From Archaeoglobus fulgidus DSM 4304 (GTDB lineage: Archaea; Halobacteriota; Archaeoglobi; Archaeoglobales; Archaeoglobaceae), in NCBI RefSeq assembly GCF_000008665.1, contig NC_000917.1, positions 480,001-512,000 on the forward strand: 32,000 bases of DNA, written 5' to 3'. Below, in pieces: positions 18,121 to 27,587 of this stretch. The notes beneath the pieces were generated by a model. It saw nothing but the letters and a program-made list of their open reading frames with translations. It did no database searches and was not told the origin of the DNA. The position numbers and the translations under genes were made by a program. Position 1 is the first letter of the stretch. Each line of letters starts with the position of its first letter.

Positions 18121-19554
18121 ATGGTTGAGGAGAAAGTTGTTGAGAAGGGAAAGGAAAGGGCTGTTGAGGTAACCAAATGGAGAAGAGTTTTTGACGATTA
18201 CCGCGCAATGTCTGATGAAATTCTTCGCCCTGACGAGCCAAAGAAGGAGAAGTTTCTGGAAGCGATGAGAAAGTATTTGACCAAACAGAACTGGCCCTTC
18301 CTCCTGCCATACAAGCTAACGCTCGAAGCATGCACGAAGTGCGGTACCTGTGCAGAGGCCTGCACAATGTATCTCGGCAGCGGAAGGAAGAAGATTTACA
18401 GTCCCGTTTACAGGTCGGACATGCTGAGGAAGATATACAAGAAGCACTTCACCCTCACCGGAAAGCTCTTCGGGCCATTAATTGGCGCCAAAGACCCGAC
18501 TGAGGATGACATAAATGCCCTTGCGGAGTCAGCCTACCGCTGCACAGTCTGCAGGAGGTGTGCCCTCGCCTGTCCCTTTGGTCTGGACAACGGGCTGATT
18601 ACAAGAGAGACAAGAAAGATTTTCGCCGACCTCGGAATTGTTCCAGACGAGCTAAAGGACAATGGTGTTGAAAACCAGCTCAAGTACGGAAATGCTCCGA
18701 AGATTCCCTACGAGGCGTTTATGGACATCCTTGAGTTCATAAAGGAAGACATTGAGGATGAAAAGGGCGTGGAGGTAGAAATTCCCGTTGACAAGAAGGG
18801 AGCGAAGTATCTCATAATGAACAACGCAGGTGATTACCTCGCTTTCACTGAGACAGTTCAGGGAATTGTGGAGATAATGAACTACGTTGGGGAGGACTGG
18901 ACTCTAAACTCTCCAAAAACGGGTGTCAACGACATTGTCAATTACGGTCTGTTCTACAGCGACGAAGATTTGGTCAGAGTGATGAAGGCCCACGTTGAGA
19001 CTGCAAAGAAGCTGGATGTTGAATATCTGGTCGTTGGAGAGTGCGGGCACGCATACGACTCCATTGCCCACTTTGCCAAAGACCTAATCCCACCGGAAGA
19101 GAGACCATTCAAGGTCATAAGCTGGATGGAGCTTCTTGACCAGTTTATAAGGGAAGGCAAATTGAAACTTGACAAGGAGAAGAACCCTGAGCCCGTAACC
19201 TTCCACGACTCTTGCAAGTGGGGAAGAACTGGTGGGATTTACGAGGAGCCAAGGAGAATACTGCAGGCAGCCTGCAAGGACTTCAGAGAGATGTACCCGA
19301 ACAGAGAGTGGAACTACTGCTGCGGTGGTGGCGGTGGATTCGCCATCATGGCCAAGGACGACTTCCTGAAGTTCAGAATGGAGACCTACGGCAAGATGAA
19401 GGTTCAGCAGCTCAAGCAGACTGGTGCAAAAATAATAGCAACAATCTGCTCCAACTGCAAGGCGCAGTTCAGAGAGATGATAAACTACTACAACCTCGAC
19501 ATGCGCTTCTCCGGAGTTAGCGAACTCGTTGCCAACGCCTTGGTTTACGAGTAA
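18121..19554 (+). CDS. HdrD/DsrK-like iron-sulfur protein (paralogue C)
   Basis: 477 aa: CTKCGTCAEACTMYLGSGRKKIY, CTVCRRCALACPFGLDNGLITRE, FHDSCKWGRTGG, YCCGGGGGFAIM, CSNCKAQF. Confidence 0.88.
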   Translation: MVEEKVVEKGKERAVEVTKWRRVFDDYRAMSDEILRPDEPKKEKFLEAMRKYLTKQNWPFLLPYKLTLEACTKCGTCAEACTMYLGSGRKKIYSPVYRSDMLRKIYKKHFTLTGKLFGPLIGAKDPTEDDINALAESAYRCTVCRRCALACPFGLDNGLITRETRKIFADLGIVPDELKDNGVENQLKYGNAPKIPYEAFMDILEFIKEDIEDEKGVEVEIPVDKKGAKYLIMNNAGDYLAFTETVQGIVEIMNYVGEDWTLNSPKTGVNDIVNYGLFYSDEDLVRVMKAHVETAKKLDVEYLVVGECGHAYDSIAHFAKDLIPPEERPFKVISWMELLDQFIREGKLKLDKEKNPEPVTFHDSCKWGRTGGIYEEPRRILQAACKDFREMYPNREWNYCCGGGGGFAIMAKDDFLKFRMETYGKMKVQQLKQTGAKIIATICSNCKAQFREMINYYNLDMRFSGVSELVANALVYE

Positions 19555-19613
19555 ACTTTTTTCTTTTTTAATTGCTTAGAAAAATTTATTACTCCTCCAT
19601 TTGTCGCTTTTTC

Positions 19614-21473
19614 ATGAAGCTTCTGCTGATTCACGCTGATTACATGGAGTATGAGGTGAAGAAGAAAACGAAGCTTGCGGAACCTTTTGATGGCAAAGGT
19701 GAGAGGGTTGAGGAAGTTCTCGTTGCTTTCACCTCTGTGGAGAAGGGCGATGACGAGAACGTTGTTAGGAAGGCCGCTGAAGCCATAAGAGAGGTGGCCG
19801 AGAAGGTCAACGCTGAGAGGATAATGATTTATCCTTACGCCCACCTCTCGTCAAATCTTGCCGATGCTGAGACTGCCGTTAAGCTGCTGAAGCAGCTTGA
19901 AGCTGAGCTTTCAGACTTCGAGGTTCATCGCTCCCCCTTCGGATGGTATAAAGCCTTCAGGATTTCATGCAAGGGTCATCCGCTGAGCGAGCTTTCGAGA
20001 GAGATTGGAGGAGAAGCTGAAGCTGAGGTAACTCAGGCGCTGAAGGATGAGGAGGAGAAGGTTGTAAGCTACTGGTATATCCTCACCCCTGAAAAGGAGC
20101 TCGTTGAGGTGGAGAAGTTCGACTTCACGGGCTATGAGAAGCTGAGAAAGTTCGTCAACTACGAGATTGCCAAGAGGAGGGCTGTTGATGTCACTCCTCC
20201 GCATGTGGAGTACATGAGAAGGCTTGAGCTCGCAGATTATGAGCCAGCGAGCGATTCGGGGCACATCAGATACTATCCCAAGGGCAGGCTGGTGAAAACG
20301 CTCCTTGAGCAGTTCATAACGAGAAAGTGCATTGACTATGGCGCCATGGAGGTTGAAACTCCCATCATGTACGACCGCAACCACCCCACGCTGAGGAGGT
20401 ACCTCGAAAGATTCCCTGCAAGGCAGTACATCATCAAGGGGGACAAGAGGGAGTTCTTTTTGAGGTTCGCTGCATGCTTCGGTCAGTTTCTGATGCTCTC
20501 CAGCTCGACCATAACCTACCGCAATCTCCCCCTGAAAATCTACGAGCTTACCCGCTACTCCTTCAGGAAGGAGCAGAGGGGAGAGCTTGTTGGATTAAGG
20601 AGGCTCAGAGCCTTTACGATGCCCGATATGCACACAGTGGCAAAGGACATGGAGCAGGCGAAGGAGGAGTTCTTCAACCAGTACCGCCTGTCGGTGGAGG
20701 TTCTGAGGGAGATTGGGCTTGAGCCTGAGGACTACGAGGTGGCGGTTAGAATAACCAAGGACTTCTATGAGGAAAACAGGGAGTTCGTGCACAGCCTCGT
20801 TGACATTCTGAAGAAGCCCATTCTCATCGAAATGTGGGACCACCGCTTCTTCTACTTCGTCCTCAAATTCGAGTTCAACTTTGTGGATGCGCTCGACAAA
20901 GCCTCTGCCCTCTCAACGGTGCAGATTGATGTGGAAAATGCCGAGAGATACGGCATTACCTTTGTAGATTCCGACGGGAAGGAAAAGCACCCCTACATTC
21001 TGCACTGCTCTGTCAGCGGAGCGGTGGAGAGGGTGATGTATGCACTGCTTGAGAAGGCAAAGTTCATGCTTGATGAAGGAAGGCTGCCAATGCTTCCAGT
21101 GTGGCTCAGCCCCACTCAGGTTAGGGTTATTCCCGTTAGCGAGAGGTTTGTCGATGCGGCCATTAAGATTGCCGATGATATCGCCAGAAACGGAATAAGA
21201 GTGGACGTTGACGACAGGAACGAAACGCTGGGCAAGAAGATTAGGGATGCGCAGACCGAGTGGATTCCATACATTGCAGTTGTCGGAGAGAAGGAAATTG
21301 AGAGCGGGAAGCTTGCAGTCACCGTAAGGGCTGAGTCAACGCAGAAGGAGCAGAAGAGAGTGGAGATGAGTGCAGAGGAGCTTGCTGAGAGAGTCAGGTC
21401 GGAGTGCGAGGGCAAGCCCTTTATGCCCCTTCCCTTACCAAAGTTGCTCTCTCTAAGACCCTCATTCAGGTGA
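19614..21473 (+). CDS. thrS: Threonyl-tRNA synthetase (archaeal type with N-terminal editing domain)
   Basis: [27 protein letters not shown]... (archaeal N-terminal domain), then [75 protein letters not shown]. The track ORF starts in frame at 19572. Confidence 0.92.
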
Positions 21474-21478
21474 GAAAG

Positions 21479-21802
21479 ATGGCCAAGGAGAAGAAGAGAA
21501 AGGAAAGGGAAGAGAAGCCTGAAGCACCAAAGGAGGAAGAGTACAATCTGGCCAAGGAGATGAAGAAAACTCTTACCCCGATACTTATGGGAGTTGTTGC
21601 TGGCATTCTTTCCTTCCTCGCAACGGGCGAGTTCAGGCAGAGGGATGCCTTCGGCATCATAATCCTCGTTTTCCTCATCTACGTGCAGAAGTTCATCCTG
21701 CCAAAAATGGGGATTGAGCTTGAGGGAAAGGACTGGGCTGGGATTGCTTTCCTGACCTTCTCAAGCTGGTACATAAGCTGGACGATTATGCTGAACCTGT
21801 GA
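21479..21802 (+). CDS. Small conserved membrane protein (EMC6-like topology)
   Basis: 107 aa from ATG 21479: charged N-terminus MAKEKKRKEREEKPEAPKEEEY then helices LTPILMGVVAGILSFLA, AFGIIILVFLIYVQKFIL, WAGIAFLTFSSWYISWTIML. Confidence 0.55.
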   Translation: MAKEKKRKEREEKPEAPKEEEYNLAKEMKKTLTPILMGVVAGILSFLATGEFRQRDAFGIIILVFLIYVQKFILPKMGIELEGKDWAGIAFLTFSSWYISWTIMLNL

Positions 21803-23054
21803 GCCTTTTTGCAACTTCATTGGCCTTTTCTATTATTTTGAGCTCCTCCTCCTCGCTCCTGAACACCCCGCCCTCAACCACCACCTCTCCTTTCACTATT
21901 ACAGTGTCAACGCAGCCTGAGGAGGCAGCATATACAAGATTGGCGATGAGGCTGTGCTCTGGCTGCATGTAGGGCTTTGCTAAGTCCACCAGAACAATAT
22001 CGGCCTCGTAGCCCTCCTTTATTACTCCAGACTTTATGCCAAAAGCCTTTGCCCCGTTAAGCGTTGCAGCCTCGAAAACCTCCTCCGCTTTTAGCAGAGT
22101 TGGGTTGCTGTGGTGGAATTTCTGCAGCAAAGCGGCGAACTTCATCTCCTCCAGCATGTCGAGGTTGTTGTTGCTTGCCGCACCATCTGTGGCAAGGGTG
22201 AAGTTAACTCCAGCCCTCTTCATTGCCTCATACCTTATCGCTTTACCGACGCAAAGCTTCATGTTGCTCGCAGGGCAGTGGGCAACGCTCACCCCCTTCT
22301 TCGCCAGAATTTCAATTTCGGCATCCTCCAGCCAGACGCTGTGGGCAGCGATAAGCCTCTTGCTCAAGAATCCAATTTCATCCAGAGCCTGAACGATCAG
22401 CTTCCCGTGCTGCTTTTTAAAGTCTAAAACCTCCTTTTCCGTCTCTGCCAGATGGAAGTGCATGAAGATGTCCATCTCCTCCGCTATCTCAGCAGCCCTC
22501 CTCAACCCGTCAAGGCTCACAGTGTAGACAGCATGAGGGCCTATCGCTCTAAGCACATCGTACTTCTCAATCTCCCTCAGGCTTTTCACCGCATTCTTCA
22601 GGTTCAACTCCAGCAAATCGGGATTGAAGAAGTCGAAGAAAGCTGCAGAAACGCATGCCCTTATTCCGCACTCCTCAGCCGCCCTTGCAATAGCTTCGGG
22701 GAAAAAGTACATGTCGTTGAAAAACACCGTCCCGCTCTTCAGCATCTCAACGCATGCAAGCTTCGTTCCCCAGTAAACTGCTTTATCATCCAGTTTTGCC
22801 TCCAAAGGCCATATTTTCTTCTCCAGCCACTCGTGAAGCTGCATGTCGTCAGCGTAGCTCCTGAAGAGAGTCATTGCAGCGTGGGTGTGGGTGTTGAAGA
22901 AGCCGGGAATAACAGCTTTCCTGCTGCCGTCAATGACGACATCGCTCTTCACAGCCTTACCGCCTATTTCGGAAATCTTTTTCCCTTCAACCTTCAGATT
23001 TCCCTCCACAATTCCCTTGGGAGTCAAAATCTTGGCATTCTTGATGAGAATCAT
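21786..23054 (-). CDS. Amidohydrolase, 5-methylthioadenosine/S-adenosylhomocysteine deaminase-like
   Basis: 422 aa: VIPGFFNTHTHAAMTLFRSYADDMQLHEWLEKKIWPLE, FHLAETEKEV, AHSVWL, SVAHCPASNMKLCVG, TLATDGAASNNNLDM. Confidence 0.87.
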   Translation of the reverse strand: MILIKNAKILTPKGIVEGNLKVEGKKISEIGGKAVKSDVVIDGSRKAVIPGFFNTHTHAAMTLFRSYADDMQLHEWLEKKIWPLEAKLDDKAVYWGTKLACVEMLKSGTVFFNDMYFFPEAIARAAEECGIRACVSAAFFDFFNPDLLELNLKNAVKSLREIEKYDVLRAIGPHAVYTVSLDGLRRAAEIAEEMDIFMHFHLAETEKEVLDFKKQHGKLIVQALDEIGFLSKRLIAAHSVWLEDAEIEILAKKGVSVAHCPASNMKLCVGKAIRYEAMKRAGVNFTLATDGAASNNNLDMLEEMKFAALLQKFHHSNPTLLKAEEVFEAATLNGAKAFGIKSGVIKEGYEADIVLVDLAKPYMQPEHSLIANLVYAASSGCVDTVIVKGEVVVEGGVFRSEEEELKIIEKANEVAKRLTGSA

Positions 23055-23162
23055 TGGCCATTATCCTGACTGCTGGGATAAAATTCTTTTGTCCTCTTTA
23101 TTACTGCCATGAATTTAACACTGACCAAAAATTATTAATACTCATAGCATCTTAACAACGTT

Positions 23163-24377
23163 ATGTATCTGGTAGCGTTGAAGTGCAGGATATGTGGAAC
23201 GGAATACCCGCCCGAACCCCTTTACCACTGCAGCCTCTGCTTCGGGCCGCTGGAAGCCGTTTACGATTACGAGGGGATAAAGGAGAGCGTGAGTAAAGAG
23301 GAGATTTCGAAGAGAGTGCAGAGCGTATGGAGATACAGGGAGTTTTTACCCACCAACCATGATCCCGTTGACCTCGGAGCAGGATTTACGAGATTCATAC
23401 ACGCAAAGAACCTTGGAGAGTGTCTGGGACTAAAGAACCTCTACCTGCTGGACGATTCGACCAATCCAACCTACTCCTTCAAGGACAGAGTCGTGAGCGT
23501 TGCAGTAACCAAGGCGCTGGAGTTCGGGATGGATGTTGTTGGATGCGCCTCTACCGGAAACCTCGCCGGAAGCTTGGCAGCGCACGCCGCTAAGGCTGGA
23601 CTGAAAGCTTTCATATTCGTTCCTGCTGGTATAGAGAAGAACAAAATCGTTCAGGCTCTCGTGCATGGAGCTACGGTTGTTGAGGTAAATGGAACCTATG
23701 ACGACGCCAACAGGCTCGCTGCGGAAATAGCGGAGAAGAACAGGAACTGGGGATTCGTGAACATCAACCTCCGCCCCTACTATGTGGAGGGAAGCAAAAC
23801 CCTTGCCTTTGAAGCTGCGGAGAGGCTTGGATGGGAGGCCCCATCTCAGGTGGTGGTGCCCGTCGCATCTGGAGCGCTGCTTTACTCGATTTACAGAGGT
23901 TTCAAAGAGCTTGAGACAGTTGGACTTATCGATTCGGCTGAAGTTGCTTTCAACGCCGCCCAGCCTGAGGGATTTCCGGTAGCGAGGGCTGTGAAGGAGA
24001 GAAGACAGGTTGAGCCAATAGAGAGGTTCAGCACGATAGTCCACAGCCTCGCCATAGGGAATCCAGCGGACGGAATCTTTGCAAAGGAGGTTGTGGAGAG
24101 AAGCGGCGGTTACGCTGAAGACCCGAGCGACGCTGAGGTTATCGAGGCTGTCAAGCTCCTCGCGAGGACTGAGGGGATTTTCACCGAGCTTGCTGGAGGT
24201 GTGACAGTTGCTGCTCTAATAAGGCTGGTTGAGGACGGCAGAATTGACAGAGACGAGAAGGTTGTGGCGTATCTCACAGGAAACGGGCTTAAAACAGCTG
24301 AAGCTGTGGCAGAGACTCTGAGCACCGTAAAGATAGATGCCAGAGTAGAAGAGTTTGAGAAGGTCTTGGGGAGGTGA
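23163..24377 (+). CDS. thrC: Threonine synthase
   Basis: 404 aa: LKCRICGTEYP...YHCSLCFGPLE (zinc-ribbon-like), LDDSTNPTYSFKDRVVSVAVTKALEFG (PLP Lys), CASTGNLAGSLAAHAAKAGLKAFIFVP. Confidence 0.88.
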   Translation: MYLVALKCRICGTEYPPEPLYHCSLCFGPLEAVYDYEGIKESVSKEEISKRVQSVWRYREFLPTNHDPVDLGAGFTRFIHAKNLGECLGLKNLYLLDDSTNPTYSFKDRVVSVAVTKALEFGMDVVGCASTGNLAGSLAAHAAKAGLKAFIFVPAGIEKNKIVQALVHGATVVEVNGTYDDANRLAAEIAEKNRNWGFVNINLRPYYVEGSKTLAFEAAERLGWEAPSQVVVPVASGALLYSIYRGFKELETVGLIDSAEVAFNAAQPEGFPVARAVKERRQVEPIERFSTIVHSLAIGNPADGIFAKEVVERSGGYAEDPSDAEVIEAVKLLARTEGIFTELAGGVTVAALIRLVEDGRIDRDEKVVAYLTGNGLKTAEAVAETLSTVKIDARVEEFEKVLGR

Positions 24378-24381
24378 AGGG

Positions 24382-24648
24382 ATGGCGATAAAGGTCAGGC
24401 TTCCAGCATCGATAAATCAGGGAGATCTGGAAATTGATGCGGAGAAGCTTACGGTAAACCAGCTAATAGCTCTGCTTTCTCAGATTACCGGCAAAGACCT
24501 CGAAAAAATTCTGAAGAGGGACGGTGAGCTTTCACCCTTCATCAGCATCTTTGTCAATGGCAGGAATGTGAGGTATGCTGAGGGGCTCGAAACTGAGGTA
24601 AGAAGCGGGGACGAGGTTTCAATCGTTCCGACGGTGGCTGGTGGTTAA
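24382..24648 (+). CDS. MoaD/ThiS-family ubiquitin-like sulfur carrier (SAMP-like)
   Basis: 88 aa: MAIKVRLPASINQGDLEIDAEKLTVNQLIALL...FISIFVNGRNVRYAEGLETEVRSGDEVSIVPTVAGG, ending in the diagnostic Gly-Gly. Confidence 0.9.
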   Translation: MAIKVRLPASINQGDLEIDAEKLTVNQLIALLSQITGKDLEKILKRDGELSPFISIFVNGRNVRYAEGLETEVRSGDEVSIVPTVAGG

Positions 24649-25452
24649 ATGCTGAACAAGGAGCAGGTAAAGCGCTACGGAAGACAGATTCTGATTCCAG
24701 AAATTGGTGGAAGAGGTCAGGAAAAGCTTCTGAAGGCGAAAGTGCTTGTTGTGGGAGCAGGTGGGCTCGGAAGCCCCGCAATAGAGTTTCTCGCAGCTGC
24801 CGGAGTTGGCAGGATTGGCATCGCTGATGGAGATGAGGTGGACATAACGAATCTCCACCGCCAGACCATTCACGCAGGAAATCTTGGCGTAAACAAGGCT
24901 GAATCGGCAGCGAGCTTCGTTGAGAAACTCAATCCTGATGTGGAGGTTGATGTGTATCCCTTCCACCTTTCTGCAGAGAATGCGAGAGAGGTGATATCGA
25001 AATACGACGTCGTGCTGGACTGCACCGACAGCTTCAGTTCGAGGTTCCTGATAAACGACGCATGCGTTCTGGAAAGTAAGCCTTTCGTGCACGCTGCCGT
25101 GCTGAGATTTGAAGGGCAGATTATGACAGTTATCCCCCACGAAACTGCCTGCTACCGCTGCTTTCTGCCCGAAGCTCCTCCGCCCGGCAGCGTTCCGAGC
25201 TGCAGGGAGGCGGGGATAATAGGGACGACCACAGCATTTTTTGGAGTTCTTCAGGCCAACGAGGCGATTAAGCTCATTCTTGGCACAGGTGAGCTTTTCA
25301 CCAACAGGCTTCTCTACGCCGACATCCTCCACAACGATTTTAACTTCATTGAGGTAAAGAAGCAGGAGAAGTGCAGGGTGTGTGGTGAGAGTGGGATTGA
25401 GGAGCTGAGGAGTGATTACTATGTCGAGACGTGCAGAATCGAGGCAGATTGA
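24649..25452 (+). CDS. ThiF/MoeB-family E1-like sulfur-carrier adenylyltransferase
   Basis: 267 aa: RYGRQILIPEIGGRGQEKLLKAKVLVVGAGGLGSPAIEFLAAAGVGRIGIADGDEVDITNLHRQ, CYRCFLPEAPPPGSVPSCREAGIIG, CRVC. Abuts the carrier gene. Confidence 0.9.
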   Translation: MLNKEQVKRYGRQILIPEIGGRGQEKLLKAKVLVVGAGGLGSPAIEFLAAAGVGRIGIADGDEVDITNLHRQTIHAGNLGVNKAESAASFVEKLNPDVEVDVYPFHLSAENAREVISKYDVVLDCTDSFSSRFLINDACVLESKPFVHAAVLRFEGQIMTVIPHETACYRCFLPEAPPPGSVPSCREAGIIGTTTAFFGVLQANEAIKLILGTGELFTNRLLYADILHNDFNFIEVKKQEKCRVCGESGIEELRSDYYVETCRIEAD

Positions 25453-25678
25453 GGCTAATGAAGTCCTTGATATTCGCGGAGAAGTTTGCCCTTTCACCTT
25501 CATCGAGACAAAGCTCAAGCTTGAGGAGATGAAAAGCGGGGAGATTCTTAGGGTTATCATTGACCATGAGCCTGCAGTGAGAGACGTGCCGAGGAGCGTG
25601 GAGCAGGAGGGGCATGAGGTTCTTTCAGTGGAAAAGGTAGGAGAGAAAGAATGGAGTATTCTTATAAAAAAGAAGTAA
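25421..25678 (+). CDS. TusA/SirA-family sulfurtransferase (copy 1, CPFTF variant)
   Basis: NEVLDIRGEVCPFTFIETKLKLEEMKSGEILRVIIDHEPAVRDVPRSVEQEGHEV. Start uncertain: the track ORF begins at 25412 and it overlaps the E1-like gene end. Confidence 0.85.
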   Translation: MSRRAESRQIEANEVLDIRGEVCPFTFIETKLKLEEMKSGEILRVIIDHEPAVRDVPRSVEQEGHEVLSVEKVGEKEWSILIKKK

Positions 25679-25710
25679 AAGCTTTTTGAATATTTTTATA
25701 AAAGCTTTTT
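25677..25710. terminator. Two AAAAGCTTTTT palindromic motifs 23 bp apart, possible transcription termination or operator region
   Basis: AAAAGCTTTTT at 25677-25687 and 25700-25710, immediately after the TusA copy 1 stop and T-rich in between. Confidence 0.35.
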
Positions 25711-25808
25711 AACACCGTTAAATTTTCAGGGAGCAGTTTTTCACGAAATTATCAAAACCTCGCAAAGCTATTTAAGAAATAAGAGTGATAGTTCAGTGAG
25801 GTGATGTT

Positions 25809-26192
25809 ATGAAACTGGCAATTGTTCTGGCAAGTGGTGAGTTGGAGAAGGTTCAGGCTGCGAGCATTATTGCAAGCACCGCCGCAACGCTCGGCGAGGT
25901 AATGGTTTTCGCCACAATGGACGGGTTGATGGCCTTCAAGAAAGACGTGGTGGAGAACAAGGCATGGAAGGCTGGAGAGCTTGGTAAGGGCATGATTCAG
26001 GCAAATGCACCGCTCTTCATAGACGTTCTCAAGCAGGCAAAGGAGGTAGGAAATCTGAAGGTCTATGCCTGCGGTATGGTCATGGACATGCTGAAGATGA
26101 GCCTTGACGACTTCGTTGACATCTTTGATGACGTCATTGGCGTCACGAAGTTCCTCGGCATGGTTGAGGACGCAAAGGTTCTCTTCATCTAA
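25809..26192 (+). CDS. DsrE/DsrF-like family protein
   Basis: 127 aa: MKLAIVLASGELEKVQAASIIASTAATLGEVMVFATMDGLMAFKK...LKVYACGMVMDMLKMSLDDFVD, with a single Cys in the position typical of DsrE-like proteins. Confidence 0.82.
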   Translation: MKLAIVLASGELEKVQAASIIASTAATLGEVMVFATMDGLMAFKKDVVENKAWKAGELGKGMIQANAPLFIDVLKQAKEVGNLKVYACGMVMDMLKMSLDDFVDIFDDVIGVTKFLGMVEDAKVLFI

Positions 26193-26212
26193 ATTTTTTG
26201 GGGGTGGTTGAG

Positions 26213-26434
26213 ATGGTAGTTGTTGACGCAAGGGGAAGCTACTGCCCGGGCCCACTGATGGAGATGATTAAAACTCTCAAGCAGGTTGAGGTTGGAGAGG
26301 TTGTTGAGGTTCTCTCCAGCGATGAAAGCAGTGCCAAAGACATTCCTGAGTGGGTCAAGAAAGCTGGACATGAGCTTGTTGAGGTAAAGAAGGAAGAAGA
26401 CTACTGGAGAATTGTTGTTAAGAAGTTGAAGTGA
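26213..26434 (+). CDS. TusA/SirA-family sulfurtransferase (copy 2, canonical CPGP)
   Basis: MVVVDARGSYCPGPLMEMIKTLKQVEVGEVVEVLSSDESSAKDIPEWVKKAGHELVEV. Confidence 0.9.
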   Translation: MVVVDARGSYCPGPLMEMIKTLKQVEVGEVVEVLSSDESSAKDIPEWVKKAGHELVEVKKEEDYWRIVVKKLK

Positions 26435-26435
26435 T

Positions 26436-27578
26436 ATGAAAAACATTGTTATTGTTGGTGGAGGAGTTGCTGGAACCATTACTGCAAACTACCTCGCAAT
26501 GAAGCTCAGGGAGGAAATCAGGGAGAAGAACGTCTCCATAACCCTGATTTCAGACAGGGAGAAGCAGCTCTACGAGCCGGGACTGCTTTACCTCATTTTC
26601 AACAGAATGGAGGAGAGCGAGATTCTCAAAGATGTTAAGTACCTTCTTGACCCGCTAATTGAGCTGAAGATTGCAAGGGCAACGAAAATTGATGCGGAGA
26701 AGAGCAGGGTTGAGCTTGAAAATGGAGAAGTGGTAAACTACGACTACCTTGTCATCGCTACAGGTTCAAGAGTTGCTCCTGAGGAGATGCCGGGGCTTGT
26801 TGATGGCGGACACTGGTTCTACAACCTTGATGGGGCAAAAAGGCTGAGAGAGGAGCTTGCAAGGTTCAAGAAGGGAAAGGTTGTCGTCAGCGTAATGGGA
26901 ATCCCGCACAAATGCCCCGTTGCACCCATTGAGGTTACCTTCATGCTCCACGAGTTCTTCAAGATTCACGGCGTGAGGAAGGATGTGGAGTTGCTCTACA
27001 CCTACCCGATAAACAGAGTCTTCACGATGGAGGAGGTTTCCGACCTTGTCCAAAAAATGTTCGACGAGAGGGGGATAAACTACAAGACCTTCTTCAATCC
27101 CGTAAGCATCGACCCTGAGAAGAAGGTCATTGAGACTCTGGAGGGTGAGGAGGAGCCATACGACCTCCTTATAGCAATCCCGCCGCACAAGGGCTCTCAG
27201 GTAATCATCGACTCAGGCCTTGGCGATAGAGATGGCTGGGTCCCGACTGACAGGTACACGCTGAAGGCCGAGGGACTGGAGAATGTGTATGTTGTTGGAG
27301 ATGCGACGAATTTGCCAGTAAGCAAAGCAGGCAGTGTGGCACACTTTGAGGCGGAGGTTGTGGCGGAGAATATAGCTGCGGAGATTAAGGGCCTGCCCCC
27401 AACAGCCAGATACTTCGGAAAGGCGATGTGCTTCATCGAGACGGGATTCAGCGAGGCGACATACATATGGTTCGACTACGAGACACCACCGAAATTCGTA
27501 AAGCCTAACAAGTTCATCCACTGGATGAAGCTTGCCTACAACAGAATGTACTGGCTTACGGCAAGAGGTATGCTCTGA
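26436..27578 (+). CDS. FAD-dependent pyridine nucleotide-disulfide oxidoreductase family, sulfide:quinone oxidoreductase-like
   Basis: 380 aa: KNIVIVGGGVAGTITANYLA, YDYLVIATGSRV, VMGIPHKCPVAPIEVTFMLHEFF, VYVVGDATNLPVSKAGSVAHFEA, KAMCFIETG. Only two Cys: HKCPVAP and AMCFIE. Confidence 0.85.
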   Translation: MKNIVIVGGGVAGTITANYLAMKLREEIREKNVSITLISDREKQLYEPGLLYLIFNRMEESEILKDVKYLLDPLIELKIARATKIDAEKSRVELENGEVVNYDYLVIATGSRVAPEEMPGLVDGGHWFYNLDGAKRLREELARFKKGKVVVSVMGIPHKCPVAPIEVTFMLHEFFKIHGVRKDVELLYTYPINRVFTMEEVSDLVQKMFDERGINYKTFFNPVSIDPEKKVIETLEGEEEPYDLLIAIPPHKGSQVIIDSGLGDRDGWVPTDRYTLKAEGLENVYVVGDATNLPVSKAGSVAHFEAEVVAENIAAEIKGLPPTARYFGKAMCFIETGFSEATYIWFDYETPPKFVKPNKFIHWMKLAYNRMYWLTARGML

Positions 27579-27587
27579 GGTGGTAGT

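Noticed and set aside
22452-23069. Forward ORF (205 aa) antisense to the deaminase gene
   Set aside because: Composition (Leu/His/Gln-rich) is typical of a shadow frame; the reverse strand encodes an unambiguous amidohydrolase.
23430-24044. Reverse ORF (204 aa) inside thrC
   Set aside because: Antisense shadow of threonine synthase with no family motif.
24619-25560. Long reverse-strand ORF (313 aa) antisense to the E1-like and TusA genes
   Set aside because: It lies over genes with clear conserved motifs on the + strand, has no recognisable domain, and is the type of shadow ORF expected opposite well-biased coding DNA.
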